Source: Lingula anatina (lineage: Eukaryota > Animalia > Brachiopoda). From it: a stretch of 64,000 bases of DNA. The notes under the pieces were generated by a model. That model ran no database searches, was not told the origin of the DNA, and saw only the letters and a list, made by a program, of their open reading frames with translations. This document shows, piece by piece, positions 37,529 to 53,000 of the stretch. The DNA lies in contig CM120641.1 of NCBI GenBank assembly GCA_051362555.1, positions 31,316,401 through 31,380,400 on the forward strand, written 5' to 3'. A program made the translations under genes and the position numbers. The number at the start of each line of letters is the position of its first letter. Within the stretch, counting starts at the first letter, position 1.

Positions 37529-40500
37529 GTGACCTTTTCCATACAGCGTGATGGATTTTTTGGTGAACTGATTCTTCCTGTCTGGTCAGGGCTAATTCCT
37601 ATAGGAAAAACAGACAGCAAAAGACAACAGCAAGAGCAATGCTATGTCTCATCCATGTGTACAATAGATGGTATATGGCAAGCTTTAGGACATTGTCAAA
37701 TGGTGTGCTAAACCCTATTCCAGAAACCGATTGTAAGGAGGAATCTGCATCTGGTATTGGTAGTAAGGAGATGTCTTAAATGGGTATATATTCTTTTCCA
37801 GAGGACAATTATGGGTAATTTGTCACCTCTTACACAAACAAACTCAAAATATAATATTTGATGTTTAATGTGAGTCTAATTAGATGTTGTGAAATTGAAA
37901 AAAAAATATTGTAGATAGTTCTCACTCTTCGCATACAAAATGTCAGACAACTACAATTCTATCACACACTGTCAACTGTTAAGCTTATCACAGATTTTTG
38001 TTATTGCTAAGCATCATCTCTCCAAATTTCACAAATATTGAACAAGTTTTGTGAAAATTATTAATATTTAACTATTTTAAGGCACCGCATTTTGCAGTCT
38101 TTTCAGTTTCATTTTCAATTTTCTCAATTTTATTGTCCAAAAAAAAATCTTTTTAATGAGACACAGTCAACTGATGAGCTTATCACAGATTTTTATTGTT
38201 GTTATGCATCATCTATCCAAATTTCACAAATATTAGACAAGATTTGTGAAAATTATTAACGTTTAACTATTTTAAGTCATGGAATTTGGCAGTCGTTTCA
38301 ATGTCATTTTCCGTTTTTCTCAAATTTATTGTCCAAAAAAAATCTTTTTCATGAGATGCAGTCAACTGATGAGCTTATCGCAGATTTTTATTGTTGTTAT
38401 GCATCATCTATCCAAATTTCACAAATATTAGACAAGATTTACGAAAATTATTAACGTTTAACTATTTTAAGCCATGGAATTTGGCAGTCGTTTCAGTGTT
38501 ATTTTCAGTTTTCTCAAATTAATTGTCCAAAAAAAATCTTTTTCATGAGACACAGTCAACTGATGAGCTTATCACAGATTTTTATTGTTGTTATGCATCA
38601 TCTGTCCAAATTTCACAAATATTGAACAAGTTTTGTGAAAATTATTAACGTTAAACTATTTTAAGCCATGGAATTTTGCAGTCTTTGCAATGTCATTTTC
38701 AGTTTTTTCACATTTATATGCTCTCAAAAATGTTTTTCATGAAACACAGTCAACTGATGAGCTTATCACAGATTTTTATTATTGTTATGCATCATCTGTC
38801 CAAATTTCACAAATCTTGAACAAGATTTGTGAAAATTATTAACGTTTAACTATTTTAAGGCACCGCATTTTGCAGTCTTTTCAATGTCATTTTCTGTTTT
38901 CTCAATTTAATTGTCCAAAAAAATCTTTTTTATGAGACACAGTCAACTGATGAGCTTATCACAGATTTTTATTGTTGTTATGCATCATCTATCCAAATTT
39001 CACAAATATTAGACAAGATTTGTGAAAATTATTAACGTTTAACTATTGTAAGCCATGGAATTTGGCAGTCTTTTCAATGTCATTTTCAGTTTTCTCACAT
39101 TTATATGCTCTGAAAAATGTTTTTGATGAGATGCAGTCAACTGATGAGCTTATCACAGATTTTTATTATTGTTATGCATCATCTGTCCAAATTTCACAAA
39201 TATTGGACAAGATTTGTGAAAATTATTAACGTTTAACTATTTCAAGCCATGGAATTTGGCAGTCTTTTCAATGTCATTTTCAGTATTTCTCAAATTTATT
39301 TGTTCTGAAAATGTCCTTTTTATTAGGCATAGTCAACTGTTTAGGTTAAGTTTATCAAAATTATTGTTCAACTTTTTTAATGTGGGAAATTTGTCAATTT
39401 TTAGAATTCAATTTTCACTTTTATCAAACATATTGTTCTTTTTCTAGGTGACCTTTTCCATACAGCGTGATGGATTTTTTGGTGAACTGATTCTTCCTGT
39501 CTGGTCAGGGCTAATTCCTATAGAAAAAACAGACAGCAAAAGACAACAGCAAGAGCAATGCTATGTCTCATCCATGTGTACAATAGATGGTATATGGCAA
39601 GCTTTAGGACATAGTCAAATGGTGTGCTAAACCCTATTCCAGAAACCGATTGTAAGGAGGAATCTGCATCTGGTATTGGTAGTAAGGAGATGTCTTAAAT
39701 GGGTATATATTCTTTTCCAGAGGACAATTATGGGTAATTTGTCACCTCTTACACAAACAAACTCAAATCATAATATTTGATGTTTAATGTGAGTCTAATT
39801 AGATGTTGTGAAATTGAAAAAAAAAATATTGTAGATAATTCTCACTCTTCGCATACAAAATGTCAAACAACTACAATTCTATCACACACTGTCAACTGTT
39901 AAGCTTATCACAGATTTTTGTTATTGTTAAGCATCATCTCTCCAAATTTCACAAATATTGAACAAGTTTTGTGAAAATTATTTATGTTTAACTATTTTAA
40001 GGCACCGCATTTTGCAGTCTTTTCAATGTCATTTTCCGTTTTCTCAATTTTATTGTCCAAAAAAATCTTTTTAATGAGACACAGTCAACTGATGAGCTTA
40101 TCACAGATTTTTATTGTTGATATGCATCATCTATCCAAATTTCACAAATATTAGACAAGATTTGGAAAAATTATTAACGTTTAACTATTTTAAGCCATGG
40201 AATTTGGCAGTCGTTTCAGTGTTATTTTCAGTTTTCTCAAATTTATTGTCAAAAAAAAAATATTTTTTATGAGAGACAGTCAACTGATGAGCTTATCACA
40301 GATTTTTATTGTTCTTATGCATCATCTATCCAAATTTCACAAATATTAGACAGGATTTGTGAAAATTATTAACGTTTAACTATTTTAAGCCATGGAATTT
40401 GGCAGTCTTTTCAATGTCATTTTCAGTTTTCTCACATTTATATGCTCTGAAAAATGTTTTTCATGAGATGCAGTCAACTGATGAGCTTATCACAGATGTT

Positions 40501-43500
40501 TAATATTGTTATGCATCATCTGTCCAAATTTCACAAATATTGGACAAGATTTGTGAAAATTATTAACGTTTAACTATTTCAAGCCATGGATATTTGCAGT
40601 CTGTGCAATGTCATTTTCAGTATTTCTCAAATTTATATGTTCTGAAAATGTCCTTTTTATTAGACATAGTCAACTGTTTAGGTTAAGTTTATCAAAATTA
40701 TTGTTCAACTTTTTTAATGTGGGAAATTTGTCAATTTTTAATATTCAATTTTCACTTTTATCAAACATATTGTTCTTTTTCTAGGTGACCTTTTCCATAC
40801 AGCGTGATGGATTTTTTGGTGAACTGATTCTTCCTGTCTGGTCAGGGCTAATTCCTATAGGAAAAACAGACAGCAAAAGACAACAGCAAGAGCAATGCTA
40901 TGTCTCATCCATGTGTACAATAGATGGTATATGGCAAGCTTTAGGACATTGTCAAATGGTGTGCTAAACCCTATTCCAGAAACCGATTGTAAGGAGGAAT
41001 CTGCATCTGGTATTGGTAGTAAGGAGATGTCTTAAATGGGTATATATTCTTTTCCAGAGGACAATTATGGGTAATTTGTCACCTCTTACACAAACAAACT
41101 CAAAATATAATATTTGATGTTTAATGTGAGTCTAATTAGATGTTGTGAAATTGAAAAAAAAATATTGTAGATAGTTCTCACTCTTCGCATACAAAATGTC
41201 AGACAACTACAATTCTATCACACACTGTCAACTATTAAGCTTATCACAGATTTTTGTTATTGCTAAGCATCATCTCTCCAAATTTCACAAATATTGAACA
41301 AGTTTTGTGAAAATTATTAATATTTAACTATTTTAAGGCACCGCATTTTGCAGTCTTTTCAGTTTCATTTTCAATTTTCTCAATTTTATTGTCCAAAAAA
41401 AAATCTTTTTAATGAGACACAGTCAACTGATGAGCTTATCACAGATTTTTATTGTTGTTATGCATCATCTATCCAAATTTCACAAATATTAGACAAGATT
41501 TGTGAAAATTATTAACGTTTAACTATTTTAAGTCATGGAATTTGGCAGTCGTTTCAATGTCATTTTCCGTTTTTCTCAAATTTATTGTCCAAAAAAAATC
41601 TTTTTCATGAGATGCAGTCAACTGATGAGCTTATCGCAGATTTTTATTGTTGTTATGCATCATCTATCCAAATTTCACAAATATTAGACAAGATTTACGA
41701 AAATTATTAACGTTTAACTATTTTAAGCCATGGAATTTGGCAGTCGTTTCAGTGTTATTTTCAGTTTTCTCAAATTAATTGTCCAAAAAAAATCTTTTTC
41801 ATGAGACACAGTCAACTGATGAGCTTATCACAGATTTTTATTGTTGTTATGCATCATCTGTCCAAATTTCACAAATATTGAACAAGTTTTGTGAAAATTA
41901 TTAACGTTAAACTATTTTAAGCCATGGAATTTTGCAGTCTTTGCAATGTCATTTTCAGTTTTTTCACATTTATATGCTCTCAAAAATGTTTTTCATGAAA
42001 CACAGTCAACTGATGAGCTTATCACAGATTTTTATTATTGTTATGCATCATCTGTCCAAATTTCACAAATCTTGAACAAGATTTGTGAAAATTATTAACG
42101 TTTAACTATTTTAAGGCACCGCATTTTGCAGTCTTTTCAATGTCATTTTCTGTTTTCTCAATTTAATTGTCCAAAAAAATCTTTTTTATGAGACACAGTC
42201 AACTGATGAGCTTATCACAGATTTTTATTGTTGTTATGCATCATCTATCCAAATTTCACAAATATTAGACAAGATTTGTGAAAATTATTAACGTTTAACT
42301 ATTGTAAGCCATGGAATTTGGCAGTCTTTTCAATGTCATTTTCAGTTTTCTCACATTTATATGCTCTGAAAAATGTTTTTGATGAGATGCAGTCAACTGA
42401 TGAGCTTATCACAGATTTTTATTATTGTTATGCATCATCTGTCCAAATTTCACAAATATTGGACAAGATTTGTGAAAATTATTAACGTTTAACTATTTCA
42501 AGCCATGGAATTTGGCAGTCTTTTCAATGTCATTTTCAGTATTTCTCAAATTTATTTGTTCTGAAAATGTCCTTTTTATTAGGCATAGTCAACTGTTTAG
42601 GTTAAGTTTATCAAAATTATTGTTCAACTTTTTTAATGTGGGAAATTTGTCAATTTTTAGAATTCAATTTTCACTTTTATCAAACATATTGTTCTTTTTC
42701 TAGGTGACCTTTTCCATACAGCGTGATGGATTTTTTGGTGAACTGATTCTTCCTGTCTGGTCAGGGCTAATTCCTATAGAAAAAACAGACAGCAAAAGAC
42801 AACAGCAAGAGCAATGCTATGTCTCATCCATGTGTACAATAGATGGTATATGGCAAGCTTTAGGACATAGTCAAATGGTGTGCTAAACCCTATTCCAGAA
42901 ACCGATTGTAAGGAGGAATCTGCATCTGGTATTGGTAGTAAGGAGATGTCTTAAATGGGTATATATTCTTTTCCAGAGGACAATTATGGGTAATTTGTCA
43001 CCTCTTACACAAACAAACTCAAATCATAATATTTGATGTTTAATGTGAGTCTAATTAGATGTTGTGAAATTGAAAAAAAAAATATTGTAGATAATTCTCA
43101 CTCTTCGCATACAAAATGTCAAACAACTACAATTCTATCACACACTGTCAACTGTTAAGCTTATCACAGATTTTTGTTATTGTTAAGCATCATCTCTCCA
43201 AATTTCACAAATATTGAACAAGTTTTGTGAAAATTATTTATGTTTAACTATTTTAAGGCACCGCATTTTGCAGTCTTTTCAATGTCATTTTCCGTTTTCT
43301 CAATTTTATTGTCCAAAAAAATCTTTTTAATGAGACACAGTCAACTGATGAGCTTATCACAGATTTTTATTGTTGATATGCATCATCTATCCAAATTTCA
43401 CAAATATTAGACAAGATTTGGAAAAATTATTAACGTTTAACTATTTTAAGCCATGGAATTTGGCAGTCGTTTCAGTGTTATTTTCAGTTTTCTCAAATTT

Positions 43501-44040
43501 ATTGTCAAAAAAAAAATATTTTTTATGAGAGACAGTCAACTGATGAGCTTATCACAGATTTTTATTGTTGTTATGCATCATCTGTCCAAATTTCACAAAT
43601 ATTAGACAGGATTTGTGAAAATTATTAACGTTTAACTATTTTAAGCCATGGAATTTGGCAGTCTTTTCAATGTCATTTTCAGTTTTCTCACATTTATATG
43701 CTCTGAAAAATGTTTTTCATGAGATGCAGTCAACTGATGAGCTTATCACAGATTTTTATCTTTGTTATGCATCATCTGTCCAAATTTCACAAATATTGGA
43801 CAAGATTTGTGAAAATTATTAACGTTTAACTATTTCAAGCCATGGAATTTGGCAGTCTTTTCAATGTCATTTTCAGTATTTCTCAAATTTATTTGTTCTG
43901 AAAATGTCCTTTTTATTAGGCATAGTCAACTGTTTAGGTTAAGTTTATCAAAATTATTGTTCAACTTTTTTAATGTGGGAAATTTGTCAATTTTTAGAAT
44001 TCAATTTTCACTTTTATCAAACATATTGTTCTTTTTCTAG
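37529..44040 (+). repeat. Two 3256-bp second-level higher-order repeats (1919 + 1337 bp)
   Basis: 37529 to 40785 to 44041, and 39448 to 42704, are each 3256 bp. Confidence 0.9.
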
Positions 44041-47000
44041 GTGACCTTTTCCATACAGCGTGATGGATTTTTTGGTGAACTGATTCTTCCTGTCTGGTCA
44101 GGGCTAATTCCTATAGAAAAAACAGACAGCAAAAGACAACAGCAAGAGCAATGCTATGTCTCATCCATGTGTACAATAGATGGTATATGGCAAGCTTTAG
44201 GACATAGTCAAATGGTGTGCTAAACCCTATTCCAGAAACCGATTGTAAGGAGGAATCTGCATCTGGTATTGGTAGTAAGGAGATGTCTTAAATGGGTATA
44301 TATTCTTTTCCAGAGGACAATTATGGGTAATTTGTCACCTCTTACACAAACAAACTCAAATCATAATATTTGATGTTTAATGTGAGTCTAATTAGATGTG
44401 AAATTGAAAAAAAAAATATTGTAGATAATTCTCACTCTTCGCATACAAAATGTCAAACAACTACAATTCTATCACACACTGTCAACTGTTAAGCTTATCA
44501 CAGATTTTTGTTATTGCTAAGCATCATCTCTCCAAATTTCACAAATATTGAACAAGTTTTGTGAAAATTATTTATGTTTAACTATTTTAAGGCACCGCAT
44601 TTTGCAGTCTTTTCAATGTCATTTTCCGTTTTCTCAATTTTATTGTCCAAAAAAATCTTTTTAATGAGACACAGTCAACTGATGAGCTTATCACAGATTT
44701 TTATTGTTGATATGCATCATCTATCCAAATTTCACAAATATTAGACAAGATTTGGAAAAATTATTAACGTTTAACTATTTTAAGCCATGGAATTTGGCAG
44801 TCGTTTCAGTGTTATTTTCAGTTTTCTCAAATTTATTGTCAAAAAAAAAATATTTTTTATGAGAGACAGTCAACTGATGAGCTTATCACAGATTTTGATT
44901 ATTGTTATGCATCATCTGTCCAAATTTCACAAATCTTGAACAAATTTTGTAAAAATTATTAACGTTTAACTATTTTAAGGCACCTCATTTTGCAGTCTTT
45001 TCAATGTCATTTTCTGTTTTCTCAATTTTATTGTCCAAAAAAATCTTTTTTATGAGTCACAGTCAACTGATGAGCTTATCACAGATTTTTATTGTTGTTA
45101 TGCATCATCTATCCAAATTTCACAAATATTAGACAAGATTTGTGAAAATTATTAACGTTTAACTATTGTAAGCCATGGAATTTGGCAGTCTTTTCAATGT
45201 CATTTTCAGTTTTCTCACATTTATATGCTCTGAAAAATGTTTTTCATGAGATGCAGTCAACTGATGAGCTTATCACAGATTTTTATTATTGTTATGCATC
45301 ATCTGTCCAAATTTCACAAATATTGGACAAGATTTGTGAAAATTATTAACGTTTAACTATTTCAAGCCATGGAATTTGGCAGTCTTTTCAATGTCATTTT
45401 CAGTATTTCTCAAATTTATTTGTTCTGAAAATGTCCTTTTTATTAGGCATAGTCAACTGTTTAGGTTAAGTTTATTAAAATTATTGTTCAACTTTTTTAA
45501 TGTGGGAAATTTGTCAATTTTTAATATTCAATTTTCACTTTACCAAACATATTGTTCTTTTTCTAGGTGACCTTTTCCATACAGCGTGATGGATTTTTTG
45601 GTGAACTGATTCTTCCTGTCTGGTCAGGGCTAATTCCTATAGAAAAAACAGACAGCATAAGACAACAGCAAGAGCAATGCTATGTCTCATCCATGTGTAC
45701 AATAGATGGTATATGGCAAGCTTTAGGACATTGTCAAATGGTGTGCTAAACCCTATTCCAGAAACCGATTGTAAGGAGGAATCTGCATCTGGTATTGGTA
45801 GTAAGGAGATGTCTTAAATGGGTATATATTCTTTTCCAGAGGACAATTATGGGTAATTTGTCACCTCTTACACAAACAAACTCAAATCATAATATTTGAT
45901 GTTTAATGTGAGTCTAATTAGATGTTGTGAAATTGAAAAAAAAATATTGTAGATAGTTCTCACTCTTCGCATACAAAATGTCAGACAACTACAATTCTAT
46001 CACACACTGTCAACTGTTAAGCTTATCACAGATTTTTGTTATTGCTAAGCATCATCTCTCCAAATTTCACAAATATTGAACAAGTTTTGTGAAAATTATT
46101 AATATTTAACTATTTTAAGGCACCGCATTTTGCAGTCTTTTCAGTTTCATTTTCAATTTTCTCAATTTTATTGTCCAAAAAAAAAATCTTTTTAATGAGA
46201 CACAGTCAACTGATGAGCTTATCACAGATTTTTATTGTTGTTATGCATCATCTGTCCAAATTTCACAAATATTAGACAAGATTTGTGAAAATTATTAACG
46301 TTTAACTATTTTAAGCCATGGAATTTGGCAGTCGTTTCAATGTCATTTTCCGTTTTTCTCAAATTTATTGACCAAAAAAAATCTTTTTCATGAGATGCAG
46401 TCAACTGATGAGCTTATCGCAGATTTTTATTGTTGTTATGCATCATCTATCCAAATTTCACAAATATTAGACAAGATTTACGAAAATTATTAACGTTTAA
46501 CTATTTTAAGCCATGGAATTTGGCAGTCGTTTCAGTGTTATTTTCAGTTTTCTCAAATTAATTGTCCAAAAAAAATCTTTTTCATGAGACACAGTCAACT
46601 GATGAGCTTATCACAGATTTTTATTGTTGTTATGCATCATCTGTCCAAATTTCACAAATATTGAACAAGTTTTGTGAAAATTATTAACGTTAAACTATTT
46701 TAAGCCATGGAATTTTGCAGTCTTTGCAATGTCATTTTCAGTTTTTTCACATTTATATGCTCTCAAAAATGTTTTTCATGAAACACAGTCAACTGATGAG
46801 CTTATCACAGATTTTTATTATTGTTATGCATCATCTGTCCAAATTTCACAAATCTTGAACAAGATTTGTGAAAATTATTAACGTTTAACTATTTTAAGGC
46901 ACCGCATTTTGCAGTCTTTTCAATGTCATTTTCTGTTTTCTCAATTTAATTGTCCAAAAAAATCTTTTTTATGAGACACAGTCAACTGATGAGCTTATCA

Positions 47001-50000
47001 CAGATTTTTATTGTTGTTATGCATCATCTATCCAAATTTCACAAATATTAGACAAGATTTGTGAAAATTATTAACGTTTAACTATTTTAAGCCATGGAAT
47101 TTGGCAGTCTTTTCAATGTCATTTTCAGTTTTCTCACATTTATATGCTCTGAAAAATGTTTTTCATGAGATGCAGTCAACTGATAAGCTTATCACAGATT
47201 TTTATTATTGTTATGCATCATCTGTCCAAATTTCACAAATATTGGACAAGATTTGTGAAAATTATTAACGTTTAACTATTTCAAGCCATGGAATTTGGCA
47301 GTCTTTTCAATGTCATTTTCAGTATTTCTCAAATTTATTTGTTCTGAAAATGTCCTTTTTATTAGACATAGTTAACTGTTTAGGTTAAGTTTATCAAAAT
47401 TATTGTTCAACTTTTTTAATGTGGGAAATTTGTCAATTTTTAGAATTCAATTTTCACTTTTATCAAACATATTGTTCTTTTTCTAGGTGACCTTTTCCAT
47501 ACAGCATGATGGATTTTTTGGTGAACTGATTCTTCCTGTCTGGTCAGGGCTAATTCCTATAGAAAAAACAGACAGCAAAAGACAACAGCAAGAGCAATGC
47601 TATGTCTCATCCATGTGTACAATAGATGGTATATGGCAAGCTTTAGGACATAGTCAAATGGTGTGCTAAACCCTATTCCAGAAACCGATTGTAAGGAGGA
47701 ATCTGCATCTGGTATTGGTAGTAAGGAGATGTCTTAAATGGGTATATATTCTTTTCCAGAGGACAATTATGGGTAATTTGTCACCTCTTACACAAACAAA
47801 CTCAAATCATAATATTTGATGTTTAATGTGAGTCTAATTAGATGTTGTGAAATTGAAAAAAAATATTGTAGATAATTCTCACTCTTCGCATACAAAATGT
47901 CAAACAACTACAATTCTATCACTCACTGTCAACTGTTAAGCTTATCACAGATTTTTGTTATTGCTAAGCATCATCTCTCCAAATTTCACAAATATTGAAC
48001 AAGTTTTGTGAAAATTATTTATGTTTAACTATTTTAAGGCACCGCATTTTGCAGTCTTTTCAATGTCATTTTCCGTTTTCTCAATTTTATTGTCCAAAAA
48101 AATCTTTTTTATGAAACACAGTCAACTGATGAGCTTATCACAGATTTTTATTGTTGATATGCATCATCTATCCAAATTTCACAAATATTAGACAAGATTT
48201 GGGAAAATTATTAACGTTTAACTATTTTAAGCCATGGAATTTGGCAGTCGTTTCAGTGTTATTTTCAGTTTTCTCAAATTTATTGTCCAAAAAAAAATCT
48301 TTTTCATGAGACACAGTCAACTGATGAGCTTATCACAGATTTTTATTGTTCTTATGCATCATCTATCCAAATTTCACAAATATTAGACAAGATTTGTGAA
48401 AATTATTAACGTTTAACTATTTTAAGCCATGGAATTTGGCAGTCGTTTCAGTGTTATTTTCAGTTTTCTCAAATTTATTGTCCAAAAAAAATCTTTTTCA
48501 TGAGATGCAGTCAACTGATGAGCTTATCGCAGATTTTTATTGTTGTTATGCATCATATATCCAAATTTCACAAATATTAGACAAGATTTACGAAAATTAT
48601 TAACGTTTAACTATTTTAAGCCATGGAATTTGGCAGTCGTTTCAGTGTTATTTTCAGTTTTCTCAAATTTATTGTCCAAAAAAAATCTTTTTCATGAGAC
48701 ACAGTCAACTGATGAGCTTATCACAGATTTTCACAGATTTTTATTGTTGTTATGCATCATCTATCCAAATTTCACAAATATTAGACAAGATTTGTGAAAA
48801 TTATTAACGTTTAACTATTTTAAGGCACCGCATTTTGCAGTCTTTTCAATGTCATTTTCCGTTTTTCTCAGTTTTATTGTCCAAAAAAATCTTTTTTATG
48901 AGACACAGGCAACTGATGAGCTTATCACAGATTTTTATTTTTGATATGCATCATCTATCCAAATTTCACAAATATTAGACAAGATTTGTGAAAATTATTA
49001 ACGTTTAACTATTTTAAGCCATGGAATTTGGCAGTCGTTTCAGTGTTATTTTCAGTTTTCTCAAAATTATTGTCCAAAAAAAAAAAATCTTTTTCATGAG
49101 ACACAGTCAACTGATGAGCTTATCACAGATTTTTATTGTTCTTATGCATCATCTATCCAAATTTCACAAATATTAGACAAGATTTGTGAAAATTATTAAC
49201 GTTTAACTATTTTAAGCCATGGAATTTGGCAGTCTTTTCAATGTCATTTTCAGTTTTCTCACATTTATATGCTCTGAAAAATGTTTTTCATGAGATGCAA
49301 TCAACTGATGAGCTTATCACAGATTTTTATTATTGTTATGCATCATCTGTCCAAATTTCACAAATCTTGAACAAATTTTGTGAAAATTATTAACGTTTAA
49401 CTATTTTAAGGCACCTCATTTTGCAGTCTTTTCAATGTCATTTTCTGTTTTCTCAATTTTATTGTCCAAAAAAATCTTTTTTATGAGACACAGGCAACTG
49501 ATGAGCTTATCACAGATTTTTATTGTTGTTATGCATCATCTATCCAAATTTCACAAATATTAGACAAGATTTGTGAAAATTATTAACGTTTAACTATTGT
49601 AAGCCATGGAATTTGGCAGTCGTTTCAGTGTTATTTTCAGTTTTCTCAAAATTATCGTCCAAAAAAAAATCTTTTTCATGAGACACAGTCAACTGATGAG
49701 CTTATCACAGATTTTTATTGTTCTTATGCATCATCTATCCAAATTTCACAAATATTAGACAAGATTTGTGAAAATTATTAACGTTTAAGTATTGTAAGCC
49801 ATGGAATTTGGCAGTCTTTTCAATGTCATTTTCAGTTTTCTCACATTTATATGCTCTGAAAAATGTTTTTCATGAGATACAGTCAACTGATGAGCTTATC
49901 ACAGATTTTGATTATTGTTATGCATCATCTGTCCAAATTTCACAAATCTTGAACAAATTTTGTGAAAATTATTAATGTTTAACTATTTTAAGGCACCGCA

Positions 50001-53000
50001 TTTTGCAGTCTTTTCAATGTCATTTTCCGTTTTTCTCAGTTTTATTGTCCAAAAAAATCTTTTTTATGAGACTCAGGCAATTGATGAGCTTATCACAGAC
50101 TTTTATTTTTGATATGCATCATCTATCCAAATTTCACAAATATTAGACAAGATTTGTGAAAATTATTAACGTTTAACTATTTTAAGCCATAGAATTTGGC
50201 AGTCGTTTCAGTGTTATTTTCAGTTTTCTCAAATTTATTGTCCAAAAAAAAATCTTTTTCATGAGACACAGTCAACTGATGAGCTTATCACAGATTTTTA
50301 TTGTTCTTATGCATCATCTGTCCAAATTTCACAAATATTAGACAAGATTTGTGAAAATTATTAACGTTAAACTATTTTAAGCCATGGAATTTGGCAGTCT
50401 TTTCAATGTCATTTTCAGTTTTCTCACATTTATATGCTCTGAAAAATGTTTTTCATGAGATGCAGTCAACTGATGAGCTTATCACAGATTTTGATTATTG
50501 TTATGCGTCATCTGTCCAAATTTCACAAATCTTGAACAAATTTTGTGAAAATTATTAACGTTTAACTATTTTAAGGCACCTCATTTTGCAGTCTTTTCAA
50601 TGTCATTTTCTGTTTTCTCAATTTTATTGTCCAAAAAAATCTTTTTTATGAGACACAGTCAACTGATGAGCTTATCACAGATTTTTATTGTTGTTATGCA
50701 TCATCTATCCAAATTTCACAAATATTAGACAAGATTTGTGAAAATTATTAACGTTTAACTATTGTAAGCCATGGAATTTGGCAGTCTTTTCAATGTCATT
50801 TTCAGTTTTCTCACATTTATATGCTCTGAAAAATGTTTTTCATGAGATGCAGTCAACTGATGAGCTTATCACAGATTTTTATTATTGTTATGCATCATCT
50901 GTCCAAATTTCACAAATATTGGACAAGATTTGTGAAAATTATTAACGTTTAACTATTTCAAGCCATGGAATTTGGCAGTCTTTTCAATGTCATTTTCAGT
51001 ATTTCTCAAATTTATTTGTTCTGAAAATGTCCTTTTTATTAGGCATAGTCAACTGTTTAGGTTAAGTTTATCAAAATTATTGTTCAACTTTTTTAATGTG
51101 GGAAATTTGTCAATTTTTAGAATTTAATTTTCACTTTTATCAAACATATTGTTCTTTTTTCAGGTGACCTTTTCCATACAGCATGATGGATTTTTTGGTG
51201 AACTGATTCTTCCTGTCTGGTCAGGGCTAATTCCTATAGAAAAAACAGACAGCAAAAGACAACAGCAAGAGCAATGCTATGTCTCATCCATGTGTACAAT
51301 AGATGGTATATGGCAAGCTTTAGGACATAGTCAAATGGTGTGCTAAACCCTATTCCAGAAACCGATTGTAAGGAGGAATCTGCATCTGGTATTGGTAGTA
51401 AGGAGATGTCTTAAATGGGTATATATTCTTTTCCAGAGGCCAATTATGGGTAATTTGTCACCTCTTACACAAACAAACTCAAATCATAATATTTGATGTT
51501 TAATGTGAGTCTAATTAGATGTTGTGAAATTTAAAAAAAAATATTGTAGATAATTCTCACTCTTCGCATACAAAATGTCAAACAACTACAATTCTATCAC
51601 ACACTGTCAACTGTTAAGGTTATCACAGATTTTTGTTATTGCTAAGCATCATCTCTCCAAATTGCACAAATATTGAACAAGTTTTGTGAAAATTATTTAT
51701 GTTTAACTATTTCAAGGCACCGCATTTTGCAGTCTTTTCAATGTCATTTTCCGTTTTCTCAATTTTATTGTCCAAAAAAATCTTTTTTATGAGACACAGT
51801 CAACTGATGAGCTTATCACAGATTTTTATTGTTGATATGCATCATCTATCTAAATTTCACAAATATTAGACAAGATTTGGAAAAATTATTAACGTTTAAC
51901 TATTTTAAGCCATGGAATTTGGCAGTCGTTTCAGTGTTATTTTCAGTTTTCTCAAATTTATTGTCCAAAAAAAAATCTTTTTTATGAGAGACAGTCAACT
52001 GATGAGCTTATCACAGATTTTTATTGTTGTTATGCATCATCTATCCAAATTTCACAAATATTAGACAAGATTATTGAAAATTATTAACGTTTAACTATTT
52101 TAAGCCATGGAATTTGGCAGTCTTTTCAATGTCATTTTCAGTTTTCTCACATTTATATGCTCTGAAAAATGTTTTTCATGAGATACAGTCAACTGATGAG
52201 CTTATCACAGATTTTGATTATTGTTATGCATCATCTGTCCAAATTTCACAAATCTTGAACAAATTTTGTGAAAATTATTAATGTTTAACTATTTTAAGGC
52301 ACCGCATTTTGCAGTCTTTTCAATGTCATTTTCTGTTTTCTCAATTTTATTGTCCAAAAAAATCTTTTTTATGAGACACAGTCAACTGATGAGCTTATCA
52401 CAGATTTTTATTGTTCTTATGCATCATCTATCCAAATTTCACAAATATTAGACAAGATTTGTGAAAATTATTTACGTTTAACTATTTCAAGCCATGGAAT
52501 TTGGCAGTCTTTTCAATGTCATTTTCAGTATTTCTCAAATTTATATGTTCTGAAAATGTCCTTTTTATTAGACATAGTCAACTGTTTAGGTTAAGTTTAT
52601 CAATATTATTGTTCAACTATTTTAATGTGGGAAATTTGTCAATTTTTAGAATTTAATTTTCACTTTTATCAAACATATTGTTCTTTTTCTAGGTGACCTT
52701 TTCCATACAGTGTGATGGCTTTTTTGGTGAACTGATTCTTCCTGTCTGGTCAGGGCTAATTCCTATAGGAAAAACAGACAGCAAAAGACAACAGCAAGAG
52801 CAATGCTATGTCTCATCCATGTTTACAATAGATGGTATATGGCAAGCTTTAGGACATTGTCAAATGGTGTGCTAAACCCTATTCCAGAAACCGATTGTAA
52901 GGAGGAATCTGCATCTGGTATTGGTAGTAAGGAGATGTCTTAAATGGGTATATATTCTTTTCCAGAGGACAATTATGGGTAATTTGTCACCTCTTACACA

